From positions 1 to 60,658 of the forward strand of contig CAZSAY010000004.1 in assembly GCA_964605225.1 (NCBI GenBank): 60,658 bases of DNA. Reading direction: 5' to 3'. The DNA is from an uncultured Thermodesulfobacteriota bacterium. Lineage in GTDB: Bacteria > Desulfobacterota > GWC2-55-46 > JADFVP01. A program made the position numbers and the translations under genes. Under the pieces are notes generated by a model. It was given only the letters and a program-made list of their open reading frames with translations, did no database searches and was not told the origin of the DNA. This document shows positions 18,176-29,092 of this stretch, piece by piece (within the stretch, counting starts at the first letter, position 1; every line of letters starts with the position of its first letter).

Positions 18176-18934
18176 TTGAAAAAAAAACCAATTAAGCCTG
18201 ACTTCATGGACGACTTTCAAAAGGGCCTTGATGCCTTTAACGCCGCACTCATCCCGCCTTTTAAGGACCCCGCGCTCCTTAAAGAGGTCTTTACGCATAG
18301 CTCCTTTTTGAACGAGGCCCCACCCCCGGGCGGGCCCATGGATAGGCGCTCAAATGAGCGTCTTGAGTTTCTTGGAGACTCTGTCCTTGGCGCGGCCATA
18401 AGTCATATTCTCTTTCTCCGTTACCCCCTTATGCCAGAGGGCTCTCTTACGCGTCTTCGTGCCCGCCTTGTAAACGGACGAGTCCTCTTCGGCCTTGCGA
18501 TTGATTTGGGGCTTCAGAATCATATCCTCATGGGCCGGGGCATGGCCGGGACAGGGGGCGCTAAAAACGAGAAGGCCCTTGCCGGGCTCTTCGAGGCATA
18601 TCTTGGAGCCCGTTATATTGAAGAAGGTTTTACCGGGCTCTTTGCCCATGTAGAGAGGCTTTTTTCCGGGCTTATTGATGACGCCGTGCGGGAGCCCGGT
18701 TATTTTGATTATAAACCGGCCCTGCAGGAGCTTGCCCAGAGGCTTTTAAAGTCCATGCCCATCTATACCGTTACAGGCAGGAGCGGCGCCGCCCATGACC
18801 GGACCTTTGATGTGGAGGTCTCCATAAAGGGCAGGGTTCGCGGTAGCGGCATTGGAAAAAGCAAGAAAGAGGCGGAGCAGGCGGCGGCCAGGGATGCCCT
18901 TGAAAGACTCGCCGAAGAGGCCGAAGAGTCATGA
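18176..18934 (+). CDS. rnc: Ribonuclease III
   Basis: NERLEFLGDSVL signature, C-terminal dsRBD (GIGKSKKEAEQAAA). Confidence 0.95.
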   Translation: MKKKPIKPDFMDDFQKGLDAFNAALIPPFKDPALLKEVFTHSSFLNEAPPPGGPMDRRSNERLEFLGDSVLGAAISHILFLRYPLMPEGSLTRLRARLVNGRVLFGLAIDLGLQNHILMGRGMAGTGGAKNEKALAGLFEAYLGARYIEEGFTGLFAHVERLFSGLIDDAVREPGYFDYKPALQELAQRLLKSMPIYTVTGRSGAAHDRTFDVEVSIKGRVRGSGIGKSKKEAEQAAARDALERLAEEAEES

Positions 18935-19764
18935 GCAGGATGCTCATCATACCGTTTTTTATTCCCTTTAAGGGTTGTAAGACCATATGCGTCTTCTGCG
19001 ACCAGAGAGGCATTACGGGTTTTGACAGGGCTCCGGCTCCGGTTGATATTACAGAGCAGATAGAGCTTTACCTCGGCTCGTGGAAGGGGAGTGGGCGGCG
19101 CGAGGCGGCCTTCTACGGCGGAACCTTTACGGCCCTGCCATTGGCGGAGCAGGAGGCAATCCTGGCCCCGGCAGAGGCGTTTTTACGGGCCGGGCGCATA
19201 GACGGCATCAGGGTCTCCACACGCCCCGATTGTATTTCCACGGCCATTACAGCCTTTTTATCTCTCCATGGCGTGGATACGGTAGAGCTTGGCGTCCAGT
19301 CCATGGACAACGACGTGCTGGCCAAAAGCAATAGGGGCCATACCGCCGAAGATACGGTAAAGGCCGTGGCCATGCTCCGTGAGGCAAGGCTCAAGGTGGG
19401 TCTGCAGATTATGCCCGGCCTTCCAGGCGGCGACGCCGGGAGCGCGTTGGCCACGGCGCGTGCGGTTATCGACTTAGCCCCGGACTTTGTGCGCGTATAC
19501 CCCACGGTGGTTATGAAAAACACCACCCTTTTTAAGATGACCCTTGCCGACGCTTACAGGCCATGGTCCATGGAAGAGATGGTAGATGTATGCGCCGGGA
19601 TATCCTCTCTATTCAGGGACGCCGGCATAAGGATAATCAGGATGGGCCTTCAGCATACGGCGAGCCTTGCCAGAGGCGTTGTAGCCGGACCCTATCACCC
19701 TTCATTCAGGGACCTTGTGCAGAGGCGGCTTCGAGAGGCGGGAACCGGGAAAGTCGTAAAATAA
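18931..19764 (+). CDS. Elp3-like radical SAM protein without acetyltransferase domain
   Basis: IPFFIPFKGCKTICVFCDQ, FYGGTFTA, STRPD, ELGVQS, GPYHPSF; overlaps the rnc stop. Confidence 0.8.
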   Translation: MSRMLIIPFFIPFKGCKTICVFCDQRGITGFDRAPAPVDITEQIELYLGSWKGSGRREAAFYGGTFTALPLAEQEAILAPAEAFLRAGRIDGIRVSTRPDCISTAITAFLSLHGVDTVELGVQSMDNDVLAKSNRGHTAEDTVKAVAMLREARLKVGLQIMPGLPGGDAGSALATARAVIDLAPDFVRVYPTVVMKNTTLFKMTLADAYRPWSMEEMVDVCAGISSLFRDAGIRIIRMGLQHTASLARGVVAGPYHPSFRDLVQRRLREAGTGKVVK

Positions 19765-19851
19765 GGCTGTTATTTTATCTTAAATAGATATATACTTTAT
19801 TTGAAGCATAATTCATACATGCCATGAGAGCATGAGTAAAAGGAGGAAGAC

Positions 19852-20130
19852 ATGAAGAAAATAGTCTTGGCCCTCTGTTTTATCGCCCTTGTGATGAGCA
19901 GTCCGGCGGCCTTTGCCTATGAGCATCATGAAGAGCCCTCAGATCTTAGTGTGCTCGCGGACGTTGCCTTCTTGAGACCCGTTGGAGCCGCGGCCCTGGC
20001 GGCCGGGGTGGGGATCTTTATAGTTGCCCTTCCATTCTCTCTTATTACCAACTCTGTAGACGGCACGGCAAAAGCGCTTCTTAAAAAACCCTTCCATTAC
20101 GTCTTCATAAGAGACGTGGGCGATATATAA
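19852..20130 (+). CDS. Small exported/membrane hypothetical protein
   Basis: AGGAGG RBS, signal-peptide-like N-terminus, one further hydrophobic helix (RPVG...LPFS). Confidence 0.7.
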   Translation: MKKIVLALCFIALVMSSPAAFAYEHHEEPSDLSVLADVAFLRPVGAAALAAGVGIFIVALPFSLITNSVDGTAKALLKKPFHYVFIRDVGDI

Positions 20131-20245
20131 CCCGGGGCGGGATTTGTCTTTATAAAGCACGGGCCCGGATGCAGGACGAAAGCGATATATAACCCTGTGC
20201 GGGCTCTGTCTTTTAAACCACGGGCCCGGATGCAGGGCCAGAGCG
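20120..20245. repeat. Imperfect 62-bp tandem duplication
   Basis: GCGATATATAACCC...CACGGGCCCGGATGCAGG starts at 20120 and again at 20182. Confidence 0.85.
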
Positions 20246-20391
20246 GGCCGCTCTTGATACGAGGGTGAGAGGCAGTTTATCTTCCATACGCAACGTGGAT
20301 GCAAGACGATAGCAGGTTGCTCTTGATACAGGGGTTATATCCGCGATTATCTTAAACCTTGTTTTTTATCTTTTTGGCTCATATTGGAAAT

Positions 20392-20430
20392 AAAAAAGCC
20401 GCCTCCGAAAAAGGGGCGGCTTTCTGTTTT
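20392..20430. terminator. Bidirectional terminator-like hairpin
   Basis: AAAAAAGCCGCCTC-CGAAAAA-GGGGCGGCTTT between convergent genes. Confidence 0.65.
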
Positions 20431-20447
20431 TTTTTAATATTACGTAC

Positions 20448-21638
20448 TCACTCCCTTGCCTCGGAGGCCGGAATTGAGGACCTAAAACTCAGGACAAAGG
20501 ATGTACCTTTCTTAGGGCCCGTATCAACGTCTATGGTGCCCTTATGTTTTGAGATGATACCGTGTGTTACGTAGAGGCCGAGCCCCGTGCCTATGCCAAC
20601 GGGTTTTGTCGTAAAAAAGGGGTCGTAGATATGATTAATGTACTCGGGCGCTATGCCGGGGCCGCTATCAGAGACCTCGGCCTTTACGTGGGCTCCGTGC
20701 CTGTAGCAACGTAGCCTCAATGTTCCGCTACCTTCCATGGCCTGCGTGGCGTTTATTATGAGGTTTACAAATACCTGTTGAATCTCACCCTCATTGCCCG
20801 TTATCTGGCAATCTTCCCTCAGGTCCTGCACAACCTTCACGCGCTTGAAGGAGATGGAATGCTTGCTCATCTTAAGGGACCTTGCCATGACCCCGGATAT
20901 ATCAAAGAGCGTATCCGATTCGTCCGTGGCCGCCCTTGAGTAAGCGGAAAGCTCCTTGACGATGTTGGCCGCCACGGTGGCATACCTTATGATATCTCCG
21001 CTGTATTCCTTGATGGTATTGATATTATCCTCGTCCCTTATGGCCTCGGCCATGCCGAGTACTCCGGCAAGGGGGTTATTTATCTCATGGGCTATGCCTG
21101 TTGCGAGGGTGCCTATGCCCACGAGTTTTTCTGCCTGCATGAGTTTGAACTGAAGCCTCTTTTCCTCGGAGATATCCTTGCCTATGGCAACGGCGCCTAT
21201 GGTCTTGCCCGCCTCGTTTACCATCTGTGAGACGGTGAGGTTTATATACACGAGCCGGCCTGATTTTGCCTTTAAGACAACCTCGTGGTTATGTATGGTC
21301 TCTGGTTTTTTGAGGCCTTTGATCCATTCGCTAAGGACCTTGTTAGACCGGGATTTATCCTCAAAGAGTATGGCGGCTGATTTTCTGGAGAGTTCCTGCT
21401 TGGTGTAGCCCAGGAGCCTTTCGCCCTCACGGTTAAACTCCACAATGAACCCGGCCCTGTCCGTTGTCACTATGAGGGCCTTGGAGTTGTCCAGTATCAT
21501 CTGAAGATAGGTGCTTATGCCGTTAAGTTCCCTCACGGTCCGCGCGATGTCTACGGTCTTTTTTCCCTTCAGCAGGGTCTTTGCCTGCCCGGGGCCTTTA
21601 ATGAGACCGGTCTTTTTTATAGCATCCCGCTTTAACAT
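20448..21638 (-). CDS. Cytoplasmic PAS-domain sensor histidine kinase
   Basis: PAS (IVTTDRAG.IVEFN), H-box GIAHEINNPL, N-box NLIINATQAM, DSGPGI, FFTTK, GTGLGL; no TM segment. Confidence 0.92.
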   Translation of the reverse strand: MLKRDAIKKTGLIKGPGQAKTLLKGKKTVDIARTVRELNGISTYLQMILDNSKALIVTTDRAGFIVEFNREGERLLGYTKQELSRKSAAILFEDKSRSNKVLSEWIKGLKKPETIHNHEVVLKAKSGRLVYINLTVSQMVNEAGKTIGAVAIGKDISEEKRLQFKLMQAEKLVGIGTLATGIAHEINNPLAGVLGMAEAIRDEDNINTIKEYSGDIIRYATVAANIVKELSAYSRAATDESDTLFDISGVMARSLKMSKHSISFKRVKVVQDLREDCQITGNEGEIQQVFVNLIINATQAMEGSGTLRLRCYRHGAHVKAEVSDSGPGIAPEYINHIYDPFFTTKPVGIGTGLGLYVTHGIISKHKGTIDVDTGPKKGTSFVLSFRSSIPASEARE

Positions 21639-22714
21639 AGGGCCTCGCTCTTATGGATAATGGTGTCCATATTATCTAAAAAAATCTCCACTATCTCGGG
21701 GTCCAGCTGTGTGCCCGAGACCCGCTTCATCTCTTTTACGATGTCCTCGCGCTTGATGCCTTTTCTGTATGGGCGGTCGTTGCTCATGGCGTCATAGACG
21801 TCGGCGGCGGAGATAATCCTCGCCCCGAGGGGTATGGCATCGCCCTTCAGCCCTCTGGGGTAACCGCTTCCGTCGAAGTTCTCATGATGTGAAACTATTA
21901 TATCGGCAACACTCTCCATGAGAGGTATGCCCTTGAGGATTTTTTTGCCTATCTCCGGGTGTATCTTCACATGCTCCTTTTCTTCGTCGTTCAGTGGGCC
22001 GTTTTTATTAAGGACCACTTCGTTTACGCCTATCTTGCCTATGTCATGGAGCATGGAGGCGTATTCGAGGAGTTCGAGGTGTTTTTTCTCAAGACCTATA
22101 ATCTTGCCAAGCTCCACGCAGAGCTGGCGCATACGGTTGCAATGGCCCCGTGTATGGCGGTCCTTTGCCTCTATGGTCTCGGCGAGTACGTTTACGAACC
22201 GGAAGTTCATGGACTTTAATGTGCCGTAGGCCTTCATAAGCTCGACGCTCCTGTTGCCAAGGTCCTCGGCGCTGTCGCTTATCTTTTTCTCAAGGAGTAT
22301 CTGATAGCGTTTGACCTCACGGGCGAGGCGCCTGTTCTCAAGGAGGAGTTCTCTTCTTGCAAATGCCTTGCATACGACACTTAGGAGATCGGTCTTTGTT
22401 ACAGGTTTCATCAGATAATCAAAGGCGCCTCGCTTCATTACATCAATGGCCATGGAGACGTCCGTAAGCCCTGTGAGCATTACGACGGGCACGGTCTTCA
22501 TGTGGAGCCTCATGTAATCGAGTATCTTAAGACCGCTTACTTCAGGCATCTTGATGTCGCAGATGATTATCTCGGCACGGCTCTGCCTGATGTCCCCTAA
22601 TACGTCACTGCCCCCCGAGGAGGTCACGACCTTGTAGCCTTCCCGGGTAAGGTGGGTCTTAAGGACCTTGCGCACCGCTTCTTCGTCATCTATGATAAGT
22701 ATTTTGCCGGCCAT
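21632..22714 (-). CDS. Response regulator with HD-GYP phosphodiesterase domain
   Basis: Receiver (KILIIDDE...DIKMP), HDIGK, HHENFDGSGYP; start set at MAGKIL (22714). Confidence 0.92.
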   Translation of the reverse strand: MAGKILIIDDEEAVRKVLKTHLTREGYKVVTSSGGSDVLGDIRQSRAEIIICDIKMPEVSGLKILDYMRLHMKTVPVVMLTGLTDVSMAIDVMKRGAFDYLMKPVTKTDLLSVVCKAFARRELLLENRRLAREVKRYQILLEKKISDSAEDLGNRSVELMKAYGTLKSMNFRFVNVLAETIEAKDRHTRGHCNRMRQLCVELGKIIGLEKKHLELLEYASMLHDIGKIGVNEVVLNKNGPLNDEEKEHVKIHPEIGKKILKGIPLMESVADIIVSHHENFDGSGYPRGLKGDAIPLGARIISAADVYDAMSNDRPYRKGIKREDIVKEMKRVSGTQLDPEIVEIFLDNMDTIIHKSEALC

Positions 22715-23146
22715 GAGATTATGATATCCTGTTATGATTATCGCAAGGCCTGCCAGGGAGGGAGGTTGCCCGAAAAAAAAGCCGAGGGAAAAAGACAGAG
22801 GAGCTAATTTTTCCTTGCCAAAGGGGCTCTCTTCTATGAAAATAAGATACTGCCCACGGCCCTTTCGTGTATGTAACTCTGGACACGGACAAGGGGGCAC
22901 AAGATTACCGAGAATCAAGGCCGCGGGTTGCCTGTTTTTTACCCGGCCTGATGGAAGAACGCATCTCGGAGCCGGCAGTCTTTTGTGCCGTACTCTCGTT
23001 GCCGGGGCACCACCTCTTAAGACAGGTTATCAGAAAAAAAATCTTTTGACGAGTTAAAAGGGAGTAAAAGGCGCGCCCCGTAAAGGCCTCCTCTTTAGCC
23101 TATGGTAAATAAATAGAGTTATTAAATACTTAGAGGTGCCGTATAT

Positions 23147-23776
23147 ATGACTACCATGCCAGAGGAGCTTGACGCGCTGGATGTGAAGATAAGAAGGCTG
23201 AAGCAGGAATACGAGCAGTACTTCCTGCGTATCCTGAAACGCGAGCCCCTTATCCACAAAAAGGAGATTGAGGGTCTAATACTGCGTTATACGAATATGA
23301 CCATAAATAATACTGCCGATCAGTTTAAATTGAACTGCCTCATGTCAAGGTTCAACTCCTACAGGCAGTACTGGGTTCGGACGTTGCGGGCCATTGAGGA
23401 CGGCGTATATGTGAGGAGGGCCGAGTCCGGGCCGATCGCCTCTCAAGTATCTTCCATGGATTGGGGGGGGATAAGCGCCCCCCACAGGGCCGGAAATGAT
23501 AGAGAGGGCCCCGAAGAGGCGCAACACCGGAGCCCGGAGATGGAGTCAAGGGCCAGAGAAGACCTTACCCCCCTTTATAACGAGTATATCGAGGCGCGAA
23601 AGAAAAACAATATCAATGTAAAGGGCCTTAGTAAGGAAAAATTCCTTGCCAGCGTAAAGAACACAAGAGATCGGATAGCCCGCACCTATGACGTGACGGA
23701 GACCGAGGTTACGGTCATAGAGAAAGACGGGCAGGTAAAGCTCGTCATAAAACCCGCCGGAGTCAAGGCGGAGTGA
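23147..23776 (+). CDS. Conserved hypothetical protein (MXAN_5187 C-terminal-domain-like)
   Basis: LKQEYEQYF..I.KREP N-terminus and LYNEYIEARK...VIEKDGQVKL C-terminus recalled from deltaproteobacterial MXAN_5187-like proteins. Confidence 0.6.
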   Translation: MTTMPEELDALDVKIRRLKQEYEQYFLRILKREPLIHKKEIEGLILRYTNMTINNTADQFKLNCLMSRFNSYRQYWVRTLRAIEDGVYVRRAESGPIASQVSSMDWGGISAPHRAGNDREGPEEAQHRSPEMESRAREDLTPLYNEYIEARKKNNINVKGLSKEKFLASVKNTRDRIARTYDVTETEVTVIEKDGQVKLVIKPAGVKAE

Positions 23777-23804
23777 TTATCCTTACAACAGCGCACCCCT
23801 TTTT

Positions 23805-24944
23805 ATGAAATCAAAAAAAACAGTACGTATCTTTGCCCTGGCATCGTTTTTTAACGACCTTGGCTCGGATATGATATATCCCATATGGCCGTTATTTGTG
23901 ACCATTTTTCTGGGCGCCGATATGGCCGCGCTGGGCTTTATCGACGGGCTCGGAGATGCCGTTGTCTCCGTATCAAAGGCCGTCTCGGGTTACGCCTCCG
24001 ATAGATTACAGAAGAGAAAGGCCTTTATCTGGACAGGCTATGTACTGGGCTCCCTATCAAGGGTGGGCTACGCCTTCTCAGGGACGTGGCAACATATAAT
24101 ACCTTTTCGCGTACTGGACCGTGCGGGCAAGATAAGGAGCTCGCCCCGCGATGCCATCATCGCGGACATCTCCACAAAGAGAGCGCGGGGCAGAAACTTC
24201 GGCCTTGTGCGCGCCATGGACAACCTCGGCGCCGTAACGGGCATCATCATCTGCATCGTGCTTTTTAAGCGCCTCGGTTACAGAAATCTTTTCCTCCTCG
24301 CGGCCATCCCCTCGGTCATCGCCGCCCTTCTCATACTCTTTTTCATCCATGAAAAGAGGACCCCACGCGAAAAAATATTCAAGGGCCTTTCCCTCGGCGA
24401 CCTTGACGGTAACTTCCGGTTATTTCTTCTGGCAAGCGCTGTCTTTGCCCTGGGTTCATTCAGCTACTCATTTTTGCTCATATTCGCGAAGCGCTCAGGC
24501 TTTCAGATTACCTTCATCCCCGTTCTTTACCTCATCTATACGGCCTCGGCCTCCCTCGTATCCCTTCCCTTCGGGCACCTCTCGGACCGGGTGGGCAGAA
24601 AGGGCGTTCTCCTGCTCTCTCTATTTTTCTGGGTCCTCGTATGCCTGAGCCTCCTCTTTGCCCACGGTTATACCGCAATTATTTTCACCTTTATCCTCTA
24701 CGGTCTGCACAAAGGGGGCCTTGAAACAGTACAGAGAACACTGGTGGCAGAGCTTGCCCCCACTAAATTGCGGGCAAGCTGTCTTGGAGGATTTCAGATG
24801 GTCATGGGGCTCTGCGCCCTGCCGGCCTCGCTTGTAGCGGGCATCCTCTGGGAGAGGGTGGGCATGCTAGCCCCATTTTATCTTTCATTAGGGCTGACGG
24901 TCCTGGCCATGGGAATGCTTTTATTTGTAAGGGAGGAGGGGTAG
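23805..24944 (+). CDS. MFS transporter
   Basis: About 12 TM segments; GYASDRLQKRK and GHLSDRVGRK MFS motif A; RDAIIADIS. Confidence 0.92.
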   Translation: MKSKKTVRIFALASFFNDLGSDMIYPIWPLFVTIFLGADMAALGFIDGLGDAVVSVSKAVSGYASDRLQKRKAFIWTGYVLGSLSRVGYAFSGTWQHIIPFRVLDRAGKIRSSPRDAIIADISTKRARGRNFGLVRAMDNLGAVTGIIICIVLFKRLGYRNLFLLAAIPSVIAALLILFFIHEKRTPREKIFKGLSLGDLDGNFRLFLLASAVFALGSFSYSFLLIFAKRSGFQITFIPVLYLIYTASASLVSLPFGHLSDRVGRKGVLLLSLFFWVLVCLSLLFAHGYTAIIFTFILYGLHKGGLETVQRTLVAELAPTKLRASCLGGFQMVMGLCALPASLVAGILWERVGMLAPFYLSLGLTVLAMGMLLFVREEG

Positions 24945-25002
24945 GGAAGAGAAGAGATAGGGGAAGTGTCCCTTGTTTTTCCCTAGGGGACTGTCCTATT
25001 GG

Positions 25003-25797
25003 TTAGATTTTTATCCCTTTCGGATAATTTAGCTTTCCATCTTTTGTAGTTACTATTTCGTAAAGGGTCTCGAAATATATATCTAATAGTTTCTTTATTT
25101 CCTTATTGTTGTTTACAAAAGTGTTTTTATATTTTTTTCTTATTTTTCTGTAATCTGGTTCTAATAGATCTTTAAAATCACGCATTTCTTTTCCGCCATA
25201 TTCGACTAACAGCTCCAAAGAAGATAGTCGGGCTAAATCCTCATTTTTAAATCTTCTTTCATGGACATGCATATTTCTGGTTTCAGAAATCCCGTAAAAA
25301 AATTTCTTGATGAGAGAGAATAGGGGTTTAGTTTGCTTCAGAATATCCGCATGGTTAGGATTTTTCTTGTACAAACGTCCTACAGTAGTAACGTATTCTC
25401 GGAGTCGATTTCTCAAAATAGAAATTTCGCTGAAATAATTTGCTATATGATAATTCATACAACTAACTCTTGAAATTTTCTTCTTAGAATATGGAAAACT
25501 GCCGATGTATGTTTCTATATCTACAAGGCTATAATATGAGCCACTAATCTCACTAAAACCATAGAAAAGTTTTGAGAAAAAGATGTCTGCAGGCGCCTTT
25601 TTTCTTGTTAGATGCGTCGGCCCGGATAACCTAAAAAGATGATTTTTGAAAACCGTTAGATATTCCGGGTCATTTTTAAAAGTATTGTAAATGCTAGATT
25701 CACGAAAGTTGTCAATTAAAAATTTTTGATATATTTTAAAGCCTTCCATGATATCTCTACCGTGTAGTTTTGTGGCGTTTTTTTTCAACTCAATCAA
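25003..25797 (-). CDS. HEPN-domain protein (Cthe_2314-like), AT-rich and probably horizontally acquired
   Basis: RNMHVH = R-x4-H HEPN motif (nt 25261-25278); all-helical character; markedly AT-rich relative to flanks; start may be 25749. Confidence 0.7.
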   Translation of the reverse strand: MIELKKNATKLHGRDIMEGFKIYQKFLIDNFRESSIYNTFKNDPEYLTVFKNHLFRLSGPTHLTRKKAPADIFFSKLFYGFSEISGSYYSLVDIETYIGSFPYSKKKISRVSCMNYHIANYFSEISILRNRLREYVTTVGRLYKKNPNHADILKQTKPLFSLIKKFFYGISETRNMHVHERRFKNEDLARLSSLELLVEYGGKEMRDFKDLLEPDYRKIRKKYKNTFVNNNKEIKKLLDIYFETLYEIVTTKDGKLNYPKGIKI

Positions 25798-25829
25798 TTT
25801 TATTAAGACTTATCAAATACTTTGTGATT

Positions 25830-25869
25830 TTTCCCAAATATGATGCTTATAACAGGCATATTTGGGAAA
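25830..25869. repeat. Perfect 13-bp inverted repeat upstream of the HEPN gene
   Basis: TTTCCCAAATATG - 14 nt - CATATTTGGGAAA. Confidence 0.85.
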
Positions 25870-25983
25870 TGTGGGATTTCTTTTTGCAATACAGAGAGTT
25901 GTAATTCCATAAGGAGTTTTTATTATTTTTAAGGAGACTACTACCGAAACCCATTTTACGTTAAAAATCCCCGACCCCACAAC

Positions 25984-26012
25984 AAAAAAGGGGCCCTCTT
26001 ATCAAGGCCCCT
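25984..26012 (-). terminator. atp operon terminator
   Basis: Minus strand AGGGGCC...GGCCCCT followed by TTTTTT, just downstream of atpC. Confidence 0.7.
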
Positions 26013-26059
26013 CTGATTTTTTTATATATTTTTAATATCTCACCCCACGGGCTGTCTTT

Positions 26060-26473
26060 TTACTTTCCCGGCCCCTGCTTCATCTCGATACGGGCCTCGG
26101 CGTAGGCAATGTCGTCTTCTGCGGCCTTAAATACCGGGTCATCGGGCTCAAGGCCCTTCATCTTTTCCGTGGCCTCTGTAATCTCCTGCCTCGCAGTCTC
26201 TACGTCTATCTCCGCCTCTGTCATGGCGTTATCAAGCAGGAGGATGGTCTTTTCAGGGCCAACCTCGGCGTAGCCGCTGCTGATGGCTATGCGGCCCTTT
26301 TTGGAGCCCGCCTTGTAGCTCACCGCCCCGGCCTTCAGGAGGGAGAAAAAATGCATATGCCCGGGAAGTATGCCGAACTCGCCAAGGTCTCCCGGGGCCG
26401 TCAGATCTTCGGCGTCAAGAGAGAGTATCTTTCTTGAGGGCGTTATTATCTCAAGTAAAAAAGTGTTTGCCAT
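26060..26473 (-). CDS. atpC: ATP synthase F1 epsilon subunit
   Basis: LEIITPSR, PGDLGEFGILPGH, ISSGYAEV. Confidence 0.93.
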   Translation of the reverse strand: MANTFLLEIITPSRKILSLDAEDLTAPGDLGEFGILPGHMHFFSLLKAGAVSYKAGSKKGRIAISSGYAEVGPEKTILLLDNAMTEAEIDVETARQEITEATEKMKGLEPDDPVFKAAEDDIAYAEARIEMKQGPGK

Positions 26474-26500
26474 GAGGTCCTGTTAAGTTCGTTATTTTTT

Positions 26501-26521
26501 GGTGGGCAGTGCCCACCCTAC
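26501..26521 (-). repeat. GTAG-type REP element
   Basis: Minus strand GTAG-GGTGGGCA-C-TGCCCACC: GTAG tetranucleotide followed by a perfect palindrome. Confidence 0.7.
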
Positions 26522-26540
26522 ATGTATAGTCCAAGCAACC

Positions 26541-26655
26541 TGTCCCCCACTATCCCCCGTCTTTAATACGCCCCCGTACTCCCCATACGCCCCCGTACTC
26601 CGTCTTCCCAAACACTTCGCCCCTCATACGCCCCGTCTCTAATACGCCCCGTCCT
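26541..26655 (-). repeat. G-tract short repeats (ACGGGG(G)CGTAT x4) between atpD and atpC
   Basis: Plus-strand ATACGCCCC(C)GT at 26566, 26585, 26626, 26642. Confidence 0.85.
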
Positions 26656-29005
<2,350 letters not shown>

Positions 29006-29092
29006 GCGCTGATATTAAACCCCTTGAATTGATCCTGCTTTAAGTCTCTTGCCTGTTGAATCGAAGGCGCTCTTCGTCTCTTATTTGGCCCC

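Noticed and set aside
22715-22918. N-terminal extension of the HD-GYP regulator
   Set aside because: 68 residues with no domain character before the receiver motif MAGKILIIDD.
24961-25970. Integron cassette interpretation of the HEPN gene
   Set aside because: ATCTAAC overlapping the stop and GTTATAA upstream resemble attC R boxes, but no L boxes or foldable attC arm follow and no integrase is present. Left as a check only.
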